A DNA stretch of 64,000 nucleotides from Candidatus Sericytochromatia bacterium (lineage in GTDB: Bacteria; Cyanobacteriota; Sericytochromatia; S15B-MN24; VGJW01): contig JAYKHS010000017.1 of NCBI GenBank assembly GCA_035285865.1, positions 32,001 to 96,000 on the forward strand, written 5' to 3'. Below the pieces are notes generated by a model. It saw only the letters and a list, made by a program, of their open reading frames with translations. It had not been told where the DNA came from and ran no database searches. Every line of letters starts with the position of its first letter. Within the stretch, counting starts at the first letter, position 1. Shown one piece after another: positions 17,729 through 26,228 of the stretch. Made by a program: the position numbers and the translations under genes.

Positions 17729-19125
17729 TCCGCTCCGTTGTCCTGCGCCTGTACGGCGTCGTGGCTGCGGCCCTGTTGCTGCTCGTGGCCGTCGTGGTCG
17801 GGTTGGTGACGTGGTCCATCCGTCGGGACGAGGCCAGCTTGCGGGCCATGGACCGCATGATGTTGGCCCAGGGGCGCTGGGTGTCCGAGCGTCTGATGCA
17901 CGGCGAGGGGGATGCGCGGTTGCCTGGCGCCGATGCCGTGGCCCGTGCCCGGGACGAGATGGGGATGGGCATCGAGATTGTTCCTTGGGAGGCCGTGCCG
18001 GAGGCCTTGCGTCGGGAGCGCCCGGAGGTTGCCATCGACGTCAAGGAGCGCCTGCCAGGTCTGGCATGGCTCAAGCCGACCTCGCGCTTGCCCCGGGTGG
18101 AAGGTTCCGGGGATCAGTGGCCCGTGGCCCCCGGGCCGGGGGGACTCACGGTCAAGGGACCGGGCTACTGGGTTCGCCTCGGAACGTCACAGCAACCCTT
18201 GGGCGCGGCACATGTCATCGTGCCTGCACCGGTTCCTGATCCACCGCCGCTGGTCCGATTCCCGTGGCTGGGCCCTGTCGTGCTGGGATTCGTCTTGATT
18301 CCCCCATTGTGGTTGTGGGTCGTGATTCCCTTGAGACGCATTCAGGAGCGGGCGCATCAGTTGGCTTTGGGTGACCTCGAGACGCCCGTGCCGCGGACGC
18401 GGCACGATGAGTTCGGCGACCTCGAGGAGACGCTCGAGGGCATGCGGGCGAGACTGGCCGAGTTGATGGCCAGCAAGGACCGCCTGCTTTCGGATGTCTC
18501 CCACGAGCTCAGGGCACCCCTTTCACGAGCCTTCCTCGCGATCTCGCTGGTGCAGGCTGAAGGGGACTCGGCACCTTATGTGGCAAGGGTCCGTCAGGAT
18601 CTGGAAGAGATCGAGCGCCTGGTGAGCGAACTGCTGGAGGCTGCCCGAGCACAGCGGCTTTCGGGCGACGTGCGGACCGAGGTGGACTTGGCAGAGGTCG
18701 CTCGGACGCTGGTGCATGAACGCGCGTTGCTGCCCGCCGAGATGGCGGTGCGTTTCTCCATGGCCATCGGTCCGTGCCGGGTTCTGGGTGACGCACGCCT
18801 GCTGGCGCGCGCCATGCGCAACCTGCTGGACAATGCGTGGCGTTATACGCCAAGCGGTGGGCACATCCTCTTCGAGGTCCGCACCGAGGGTGGCGAGGCA
18901 AGAGTCTGTATCGTGGATGACGGTCCCGGCATCCCTGCCGAGCATCTGGACAAGGTCACGGAGCCGTTCTACCGGGCAGATGCCTCGCGGGCCCGCACCA
19001 GCGGTGGGGTGGGTCTGGGCCTTGCCATCGTCAAGGGCATCGCCGAACGCCATGGCGGACGGCTCGAGCTGTCGTCTCCCGCCTCAGGCGGGACCCGAGC
19101 CAGCCTGATCCTGCCCGCCCTCTGA
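17725..19125 (+). CDS. HAMP-domain sensor histidine kinase
   Basis: Two TM segments, HAMP, SHELRAPL H-box, NLLDNA, DDGPGI, GGVGLGL; GTGA overlap with the regulator. Confidence 0.93.
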   Translation: MIRSVVLRLYGVVAAALLLLVAVVVGLVTWSIRRDEASLRAMDRMMLAQGRWVSERLMHGEGDARLPGADAVARARDEMGMGIEIVPWEAVPEALRRERPEVAIDVKERLPGLAWLKPTSRLPRVEGSGDQWPVAPGPGGLTVKGPGYWVRLGTSQQPLGAAHVIVPAPVPDPPPLVRFPWLGPVVLGFVLIPPLWLWVVIPLRRIQERAHQLALGDLETPVPRTRHDEFGDLEETLEGMRARLAELMASKDRLLSDVSHELRAPLSRAFLAISLVQAEGDSAPYVARVRQDLEEIERLVSELLEAARAQRLSGDVRTEVDLAEVARTLVHERALLPAEMAVRFSMAIGPCRVLGDARLLARAMRNLLDNAWRYTPSGGHILFEVRTEGGEARVCIVDDGPGIPAEHLDKVTEPFYRADASRARTSGGVGLGLAIVKGIAERHGGRLELSSPASGGTRASLILPAL

Positions 19126-20016
19126 CGTCGCGGCGGGTGAGAGCCCCATCACGTGATAGCCGCGGTCCACATGCAGGACCGTGCCGGTGATGCCCGAGGC
19201 AAGCGAGCTGCACAGGAACGCTGCGGCGTGGGCCACCTCGTCGGCTTGCAGCGGTCCGGATATCGGCGTGGTCTCGGCGGCGTGGGCGATCATGCGGTCG
19301 ATGATGCCGATGGCCGAGGCAGCCCGACTGGCAAGGGGGCCTGCCGAGATCGCGTTGACCCGCAAGCCCCAGCGTCTGCCTGCGTCCCACGCGAGGGTGC
19401 GCGTGTCGCTCTCGAGGGCGGCCTTGGCGGAGGACATCCCCCCGCCGTACCCGGGCACTGCACGTTCCGCAGCGAGGTACGAGAGGGTCAGCAGTGCACC
19501 GCCTTCCGGCATGTGCTCCCCGAAGGCGCGCGCCATCGCGACGAAGGAATAGGCGCTGACGCCGAGGGCCGTGAGGTAGCCTTGCCGACTGGTGTCCAGG
19601 AGGGCGTTGCGGACCTCGGGACCGTTGGCGAGCGCGTGGACCAGGATGTCCGGGCCTGCACCGTCGTTCGCTGCGCGCCATGCCTGCACGAGGCCGTCGA
19701 TGGTGAAATCGCCGTGCTCCCGGTAGCGACGGTCCTCGCGGACCTGCTCGGGCACGTCCTCCCAGCGGTCCCAGGCGGCGTCGAGGGGATGGATGCCCGC
19801 GAAGGTCAGCAACGAACCATCGGGCAAGGTCCGGGAGGCGTCCAGCTTGCCCCGTTCGATCAGCTTGCGGAAGATACCGAGGGCAGGTGGCCAGGTGGCG
19901 ACGGAGACGGTGGCCCCGGCAGCTGCCAGAGCCTTCGCGATGGCGAAACCGTAGCCGTGGTCGTCGGCGACGCCGGCCACCAAGGCGCGTCGCCCCCGCA
20001 GGTCGAGGGATAGCAT
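19084..20016 (-). CDS. fabI: Enoyl-ACP reductase (plant/chlamydial-type FabI)
   Basis: GVADDHGYG, WPPAL..F..GKLDASR.LPDGS, HALANGPEV, YGGGMSSAKAALESD, NAISAGPLASRAA. Confidence 0.92.
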   Translation of the reverse strand: MLSLDLRGRRALVAGVADDHGYGFAIAKALAAAGATVSVATWPPALGIFRKLIERGKLDASRTLPDGSLLTFAGIHPLDAAWDRWEDVPEQVREDRRYREHGDFTIDGLVQAWRAANDGAGPDILVHALANGPEVRNALLDTSRQGYLTALGVSAYSFVAMARAFGEHMPEGGALLTLSYLAAERAVPGYGGGMSSAKAALESDTRTLAWDAGRRWGLRVNAISAGPLASRAASAIGIIDRMIAHAAETTPISGPLQADEVAHAAAFLCSSLASGITGTVLHVDRGYHVMGLSPAATSEGGQDQAGSGPA

Positions 20017-20065
20017 CCCTGCATCCTACGGGGGCGGTCGCGATGACGCCAGACGGCTGCCGGAA

Positions 20066-21493
20066 TCAGGCCGCCTTGCTGCCGGGGGCCACGGCGTTGA
20101 CCGGGGTGGTCGCGGCGGGCTTGAGCGGGTACTTGGTGGCGGCATCGATGCGGGCCTTCTCGGCGGCAGCTTCCTGCTGCTTCCGGTTGCGATCCGCGAT
20201 CTCGGCCTCGAGCGCCGCGATCCGCTGCAGGGTCCGTTCGTAACCCTGCATCCAGATGGTGTCGGCACCCGTGATGGCCAGCGGGTTGGTCGAGGAAGAG
20301 GCCTGGAGGGTGTTGTACCGGGCAGCACCGGCAATCTTCTCCTCGAGGGCCTTGACCCGCTCCGTGCCAGCCGTCTGCTCGGCGGCGAACTCCGTCTTCA
20401 TCACGCCGTCCAGCTTCTCCATCTGCGTCAGGCCTTCGAGACGCTTGTCGATGAGACCCTGCTTCTCGTTGAGCGTGGCGATCTCGGCCTCGAGGGCAGC
20501 GACCTTGCTCTTGGCTGCGTCGTACTTGGCGAGGAGGTCCTTGTCGGTTTCGGTGACCTTGTCGGCCGGCAGAGCACGCAGGTATTCCGCGACGCCATCC
20601 TTGAGCGGCATGTTGCCGACGATCTCGAGACGCTCCTTGCCCTTGGCCTGTTCCTGATCGTAGAGGGCCTTCTTTTCGGCCTCGAGTGCCTTGCGTTCGC
20701 CGGCGTAGGGGCTCATCTCGGCCTGGGCGGCCTTGACGATGTCCGCTGCTGCATTCTTGAACATGTCCTTGGCCTGGGTGGTGTTCCAGGCGTTGTTGAA
20801 CTCTTCGACGGACTTGGCCATCGTGCCGTCCGGCATCACGAGATCGTTGTCCGCGTTGGTGTCGGCGTCGAAGCGTCCCAGGGCGCCGGTGACCTCGCCG
20901 TCTTCGCGGGTGGCGGACAGGGAACCCGAGAGGTCCATGTACTTGCCCTTGTCCTCGAATCGGATGAGGTCGCCCTTGGGGCTGGTGACCTCGAGGTTGG
21001 CCCCCTTGCGCTCGATCTGGCCGCCGCCGGGCAGGTCGAAGGCCTTGCCTTCCGCAACCGAGACTTCCTTGTCGTTGACGAAGAGCTTGTCGGCCTGGGC
21101 GTCGTACCGGACGACGTTCTCGCCGACACGCAGCGCGGCGCCGACATTGACGGTGGAGCCGACGGCGCCGAGGCCCTCGACCTTCTGCTGGTTGCTCTGC
21201 AGCTCGAGGTCACCCTTGTCGCTCTTGAACAGGCTGACGGTGCCGATGTTCATGTTGTCCCACTTGCGGCCATCGCCCGACACGAAGTGCGGATCGCCCC
21301 AGCTGCGGAAATCGAGACCGGAGGCCTGGCCCCGGGCCGGAGTCATGGCATTGTCCAGAGCAGGCAGGCTGGGCTGGTTGCCCGAGCCGAAGTCGGCTGC
21401 CGGAGCATCGGCGGCAGCCTTGACCGTCGGCGCAGCCGTGCTGGCGATCTGAGCGCCGGCGATGGTCGGCTTGCTGGTGATTGCGTCAGCCAT
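20066..21493 (-). CDS. VWD (von Willebrand type D-like) domain protein with C-terminal coiled coil
   Basis: SWGDPHFVSGDG and GALGRFD..DNDL motifs; heptad-rich Ala/Glu/Lys C-terminus; ATG at 21493 with G-rich SD. Confidence 0.7.
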   Translation of the reverse strand: MADAITSKPTIAGAQIASTAAPTVKAAADAPAADFGSGNQPSLPALDNAMTPARGQASGLDFRSWGDPHFVSGDGRKWDNMNIGTVSLFKSDKGDLELQSNQQKVEGLGAVGSTVNVGAALRVGENVVRYDAQADKLFVNDKEVSVAEGKAFDLPGGGQIERKGANLEVTSPKGDLIRFEDKGKYMDLSGSLSATREDGEVTGALGRFDADTNADNDLVMPDGTMAKSVEEFNNAWNTTQAKDMFKNAAADIVKAAQAEMSPYAGERKALEAEKKALYDQEQAKGKERLEIVGNMPLKDGVAEYLRALPADKVTETDKDLLAKYDAAKSKVAALEAEIATLNEKQGLIDKRLEGLTQMEKLDGVMKTEFAAEQTAGTERVKALEEKIAGAARYNTLQASSSTNPLAITGADTIWMQGYERTLQRIAALEAEIADRNRKQQEAAAEKARIDAATKYPLKPAATTPVNAVAPGSKAA

Positions 21494-21525
21494 GGTTTCA
21501 TCCCCCCTTGATGAAGCACGCGGTT

Positions 21526-21608
21526 GCGAAGGCCGTTCGACGAGGGTCGGTGTCCATCCCCCCCGGGATGTCCCGCCGCGTCTGCACCTGTTTCCAGGTG
21601 GCCTTCGC
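21526..21608 (-). ncRNA. Candidate structured 5' leader (cis-regulatory RNA) of the VWD gene
   Basis: 9-bp closing helix GCGAAGGCC/GGCCTTCGC enclosing a CACCTG-GAAA-CAGGTG hairpin and a CATCCC-GGGG-GGGATG hairpin. Confidence 0.4.
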
Positions 21609-21704
21609 TTGAGGGGGTTATCCGGAGAATCCCAGACCAGGCTGTCTGCGGTAACAGGAATTTCAAGAAGGCCGAACAATCTGCCGTTCTGGACCCCCAA
21701 GAGG

Positions 21705-21735
21705 GAAACCCCCCGCGTGGTGGGCACGCGGGGGG
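21705..21735 (-). terminator. Rho-independent terminator of the lipoprotein operon
   Basis: CCCCCCGCGTG-N5-CACGCGGGGGG 11-bp stem followed by TTT on the minus strand, just downstream of the stop at 21751. Confidence 0.8.
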
Positions 21736-21750
21736 CGGGGAGTCCAAGAT

Positions 21751-22887
21751 TCAGGGCGAGACGACGATTGTAGCCGTGGCCACGACGTTACCCGTCTTGA
21801 CCTCGATCGTGCCTGTGCCGGCATCCGTGAAGGCGATGCTGCTGGTTGCGACTGGTGTTGAGGATCCGCCCCCGCCCCCGCCTCCACCTTGCCCACCCGC
21901 AACGCTACCTGTAACTGTCGTGGTTGTCAGGAACGGTTCGAAGTTTCCGATGCTGCCGGCGGTCGGCAGGCCTGATGGGCCCTGACCTCCGGCGGCCCCG
22001 CCGCCGCTGCCGCCGGCTGTCGCTGCCTGGACATTGGTCATGTTCCAGAAGAGGTTGACACCAGACAGGGCTGAACCGTTGCTGCCCTTGGCCACGACCT
22101 GAAAACTTGCCGTGCCGTTTTTGGCGAGGGTGCCGCCGGTCTGAGTCAACTCCAGAGCCGTGACGGTCTGGAACATGTCTCCGCTTCTGACGGTGCGCGG
22201 GCCATAGGTCAGGATGACGGAGTCGCTGGTGGCTCCCTCGGGCACCGGGAACTCCAGAGATGTGCCGGATTGCGAGACCTGCAACAAGGCGCTGGAGACC
22301 GGTATGCCGCCGATGCTGACGCTGAGCCCGTCCTTGCTGGTCGGCAGATTCACGCCCGTGACCTTGATGTAGGCACCTGCCCCTGCGGCTGGGGGGTTGA
22401 TGAGCGTGATGGCCGGAACCTTGGTTTCCTGCATCGTCAGGCGGAGGGCGATTTTCTGATTTGGGACCAGCTTGGCCGTTGCCGTCCCGATGCCGACCTC
22501 GGTGTTGTTCGCGTCGAATGCCTGAACGTTGACCGTGACGTTTCCGGTGACGGGAACCGTGAGGTCTGCGATCGTGAGCATCGAGGTCGGAGCACCATCG
22601 CGATTCACGGAACCCTGTCCGAGGGTATTGCCCGAGCTGTCCTTCACCACCGCATCGATCCGGACGGCCTCGACAGGGATGGCCGCCACGGTTCGGTCGG
22701 GCCAACGAATGGTAAGGGTCAGGCTTGCCTTTTCGGTCGGTGTTGCCTGTTCGATCTCATTGCCAATGCCAGTCACTTCAGCAGGCGGAGCGTGCAGGGG
22801 GATACCGCCGGCGCAAGCCGAGAGGCCGGCCGCAAGAATCGCAGAGGCCGTGAAGGCTGCAGGATGTTGAAGGTTGCGCACGGTCAT
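21751..22887 (-). CDS. Lipoprotein with IPT/TIG and Ig-like domains
   Basis: Lipobox GLSAC; PAITLINP..G.YIKVTG.N IPT motif; ATGA overlap with the upstream gene. Confidence 0.75.
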   Translation of the reverse strand: MTVRNLQHPAAFTASAILAAGLSACAGGIPLHAPPAEVTGIGNEIEQATPTEKASLTLTIRWPDRTVAAIPVEAVRIDAVVKDSSGNTLGQGSVNRDGAPTSMLTIADLTVPVTGNVTVNVQAFDANNTEVGIGTATAKLVPNQKIALRLTMQETKVPAITLINPPAAGAGAYIKVTGVNLPTSKDGLSVSIGGIPVSSALLQVSQSGTSLEFPVPEGATSDSVILTYGPRTVRSGDMFQTVTALELTQTGGTLAKNGTASFQVVAKGSNGSALSGVNLFWNMTNVQAATAGGSGGGAAGGQGPSGLPTAGSIGNFEPFLTTTTVTGSVAGGQGGGGGGGGSSTPVATSSIAFTDAGTGTIEVKTGNVVATATIVVSP

Positions 22888-23663
22888 TCCACCACCAGAT
22901 CGATGCCGCCGACTGCCTTGACCTCGATATTGGCAGTCGCCGAGGGGACTGTCAGATCGGCCGGGTAGGCCAGATCGTCTGCCGGGATGGCGATGATCTC
23001 GGTGGCACCACGGCCTACCGCAGTCACCAGACCGTTGGCGTCCACGGTGGCGACCAGCGTGTTGCGGCTGCGCCACTTTGCGCGGCTGTCCTTGAGGCCG
23101 TTGTTGAGCGTGACCTCAGCGGTGAGCTTGAGGGTTGTCGGCTTGCCCAAGCTGTTCACGCCATCGGGTGCCGGCTCGTAGATGACCCTCGGTAGGTTGC
23201 CAACTGGGCCATTGCCGACCAGAAGGCCGATGCCCATGGACTCGAAGGGGGCGTAAGGGTTGTTGTTGGACACAGGGGCAACGGTCGGTGAAGGTCCGCT
23301 CGCCCCCGGACTGGCTGGCGTGCTCGTGGCCGTCGGCGTCGCATTCGATCCGGGGATCGGCGTAACGTTGGTCGCGGGTGACGCGGTGGGCTGGGTGCCG
23401 TTGCTGCCACCGTTCGTGTTGCTATCAGGGTTGCCTGGCGTTGGCGTCGCGGTCGGGGCAGGACTCCGGTCCGTGATGCCGCCATTGACGGTGTCCTGGC
23501 CTGCGGGTCTCGGGGTCGGGCTCTTGGTGGCTGTCGTCGTAGGCTTGCGTGTTGCAACTGCACCCGTTGTCGGGGAAGTGGTGGCGCCCGTGCATCCTGG
23601 GACGTGGACGGCCAATATGAGCCCGCCCACGGCCAAGCTCAACGCGAGTCTTGATGAGGTCAC
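22884..23663 (-). CDS. Lipoprotein with Pro/Thr-rich stalk and Big_2 (bacterial Ig-like) domain
   Basis: Cys after hydrophobic leader (VPGC); PT-rich linker; KWRS.N..VATVDANGLVTAVG.G Big_2 motif. Confidence 0.75.
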   Translation of the reverse strand: MTSSRLALSLAVGGLILAVHVPGCTGATTSPTTGAVATRKPTTTATKSPTPRPAGQDTVNGGITDRSPAPTATPTPGNPDSNTNGGSNGTQPTASPATNVTPIPGSNATPTATSTPASPGASGPSPTVAPVSNNNPYAPFESMGIGLLVGNGPVGNLPRVIYEPAPDGVNSLGKPTTLKLTAEVTLNNGLKDSRAKWRSRNTLVATVDANGLVTAVGRGATEIIAIPADDLAYPADLTVPSATANIEVKAVGGIDLVVE

Positions 23664-23681
23664 TGCTGTTGCTTTCGGGAT

Positions 23682-26228
23682 TCAGTTGAGGGTGGCGGTC
23701 TGCACGATGTTTCGATAGTTGCCGTCGTAGTAGGAGAACATGTGGATCTTGCTCCCTACGACCACAAGGTTGGCATAGATGCTGCCCGAGGGCGCAGTGG
23801 GCATCTGCTCCCAGTTGCCAATGTTGTCGTTTGCATCGATTGGGGCGCGGTACACGAGCCGGGTTTGCCAGCTGTTGTAGCTCGAACTGTAGCTGTAGAA
23901 GATGTAGACATAGTTGCCTATGACAGCACAGTTCGAGGCATACATGTCATATGGAAGGGTGCGATTTAGGTAGCTGAACGAACTTGTTAATGCACCGCTA
24001 CTATCGACGCTAGCTCGGTGCATGTATCCGTGATGGCTCCAGCAATTGCTGCTGTATCCCCCCAGCTTGTAAACGTATTGGCCCACATGCACCAACTGCG
24101 TGCCATAGTCGAGGCACGGCAGACGGCCGACGACTTGGAACTGCTGGAGGGTTCCATCGGCGTTGATTCGGGCCGACTGAACGGCGTCTGTGTTCCAGTG
24201 GCCACCAAAGATGTAGACATATTCCTTGATGCGCATCGCATAGGTCACGTAATAGACCTGCTGTGCCATGGTGATGGGCGCGGCAGAAAAGTTCTGGGCG
24301 ATTGATCCATCGGCGTTGACTTGTGCTCGAATTACCTGATTGTATGGGTAGCTTCCGCCATTCGACGGATATCCGGCGTAGTTATAAAGAAATCCGCCGA
24401 TGAAGTGGGGGTTGTGGCTTGGGTTGTCGCCGTTATGCATGTTCCAAGTCCAGGGTTGTGAGATGCCATTCATTGTCGTAAAGGCACCAAGGCTACCATC
24501 GTCACCCAGTTGCGTGCGTTCGACATCGTAGTTGTAGCCTTGGCTATTGTCGTATCCGCCCATCGCGTACAGGAATCGATCCTTCACGGCCAGAATGCCG
24601 GTCATGTGGGACTTCGCTGTCACGGCAGAGGTTGTCCAGTTGGTGATGGTGCCGCTCAGGACAGCAAAGTTACCCGGATTGGCTGACCCACCGGACTTGC
24701 GAGCAATACTGAGCGCTCCGGTTGTTGTCGTCGGCACGACGGCTTCAATCCGGGTGTCCGACCAGAGGTTCACGGGACAGTCGACATTATTGATTCGAAT
24801 GGTGCCCTGAGATGAACCGAAATTCGTTCCTGTCACGACAAATTCGGCCCTGGGTGCACCGGTCCGTGGGAACCAGTCCTTGATGACTGGCCGGAACTCC
24901 ACGGTCACATTCAGCTCGTTGCTGCTGCCCGCGCTGGTCCGGACGCTGATGGGGCCCTTGGTCGCGTTTTCAGGCACCTTGAAGACCAGAAACTGCTCGT
25001 CGCAAGTGGAAGGCGTGGTCGTCACGTCGCCGACGACCACCGTATTGCCCGAGGGGACGTTCGAGAAGCCGAAGCCCAGCAAGGTCACTTCCTCACCCGG
25101 CTGGTAGAAACTGCTTGCCGGGAACCAGCGCGAAATCTTGAACACCGGATTGGCGCGTCCAGCATAGAAGGTCATGCCCGTGACCGCGCCACGCGGCGTA
25201 GTCACGACCAACGAACCCGTCGCGGCGTCATTGGGCACGATGACGTAGAGGCGTTCGGTGCCACCGGCCACGATGGCACCCGGGGAGCTGCCCCCGAAGG
25301 TGACCAGATTCTGTGAGGGTGTGGGGCTGAAGCCCTTGCCCCGGATTTCGAGCGTCTGGCCGGGGCGAGCCGAGTCCGTGCTCTGGTAGGTGATTGAGGG
25401 GGCGACGTCCGACAGGGATCCGACAGGATCGAGATTGGCTGTGAGGTAGGCCAGCACGTCGGTGGCCATACCCAGGATCTGGGCGTCGGTGAAGCCCGTC
25501 GGCGCGGCCGGGGAGCGATTCAGGATGGGCGGCTTGACCGAGGCGTTGATCTTGTTCATCAAGGTAGCCGGGTCGAAGGTGGAAGGTGCCAGCTGGGCCG
25601 CGATGCAGACGGCCGTCGTCAAGGAGCTGATGCTGATGGTGCCGCCCGAGAGCGACTCCCAGGTCGAGCCGTTCCAGCGGACCAGCGTCCGGAAGCGCAC
25701 CACCGGGCTACCGGGCATGTGACCGTTGAGCCCCTTGGATGCCTCGAGGTAGTACGCTCTGCCTGTGTCGGGAATGAAGCCGTTCATCGAGAGGGTGAAC
25801 TGTCCTCGGCCGTTCGATATGGTGCTGGCTGCCGCCGAATTGCTCTCGGCGTCGATGAGCGAGATGGTGGCGAACGAGACCACTTCGGCGACGGACGCCT
25901 GGATCTTGCGGCTGACCTCGGCCGTGACGTCCACGCCGCCTTCCAGATCGGCAATCTTCTGGGACCGCCATTGCTTCAGGAACTCGGCCGACGTCAGTTG
26001 TCCCGGTTGGACGGGCTTTGGAGCCAAGGCAGCCGCCTGGACGTCCGGGGCCTCGCCGGCAGTGGTCGGGTTGCCGGTGTTGACGGGTTCGCCCCGCTGG
26101 ACCATCTGTTGGCAGCCAAGCACCAGCGCGAGCGCACCGGCGACGGCCACCCGCAGGATGCGCGCTGCGCCGTGGGTCGCCTTGGAGGAGTCGTTCACGA
26201 TGCGGTCTCCTGATTCCTGGGTGGTCAA
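23682..26228 (-). CDS. Large lipoprotein: conserved N-domain + 3 IPT/TIG domains + Kelch-like beta-propeller
   Basis: Lipobox LVLGC; G.TLEIRGKGFS, EEVTLLGFGFS, FVVTGTNFG IPT repeats; YLY.MGG-type Kelch blades with A.IN.DG.L turns; start could be GTG at 26198. Confidence 0.8.
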   Translation of the reverse strand: MTTQESGDRIVNDSSKATHGAARILRVAVAGALALVLGCQQMVQRGEPVNTGNPTTAGEAPDVQAAALAPKPVQPGQLTSAEFLKQWRSQKIADLEGGVDVTAEVSRKIQASVAEVVSFATISLIDAESNSAAASTISNGRGQFTLSMNGFIPDTGRAYYLEASKGLNGHMPGSPVVRFRTLVRWNGSTWESLSGGTISISSLTTAVCIAAQLAPSTFDPATLMNKINASVKPPILNRSPAAPTGFTDAQILGMATDVLAYLTANLDPVGSLSDVAPSITYQSTDSARPGQTLEIRGKGFSPTPSQNLVTFGGSSPGAIVAGGTERLYVIVPNDAATGSLVVTTPRGAVTGMTFYAGRANPVFKISRWFPASSFYQPGEEVTLLGFGFSNVPSGNTVVVGDVTTTPSTCDEQFLVFKVPENATKGPISVRTSAGSSNELNVTVEFRPVIKDWFPRTGAPRAEFVVTGTNFGSSQGTIRINNVDCPVNLWSDTRIEAVVPTTTTGALSIARKSGGSANPGNFAVLSGTITNWTTSAVTAKSHMTGILAVKDRFLYAMGGYDNSQGYNYDVERTQLGDDGSLGAFTTMNGISQPWTWNMHNGDNPSHNPHFIGGFLYNYAGYPSNGGSYPYNQVIRAQVNADGSIAQNFSAAPITMAQQVYYVTYAMRIKEYVYIFGGHWNTDAVQSARINADGTLQQFQVVGRLPCLDYGTQLVHVGQYVYKLGGYSSNCWSHHGYMHRASVDSSGALTSSFSYLNRTLPYDMYASNCAVIGNYVYIFYSYSSSYNSWQTRLVYRAPIDANDNIGNWEQMPTAPSGSIYANLVVVGSKIHMFSYYDGNYRNIVQTATLN

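Noticed and set aside
19084..19125. Convergent 3' overlaps (kinase/fabI; also 12463-12473, 38767-38798, 62431-62447)
   Set aside because: Short tail overlaps are expected in compact GC-rich genomes
21570..21610. Canonical c-di-GMP-I riboswitch
   Set aside because: Has a GAAA hairpin and GACGC but lacks the conserved GCAAA/CGCAAA junction segments; reported only as an unassigned structured leader
23682..24500. Diversity-generating retroelement target
   Set aside because: No reverse transcriptase and no near-duplicate template repeat seen in the window; kept only as a compositional anomaly
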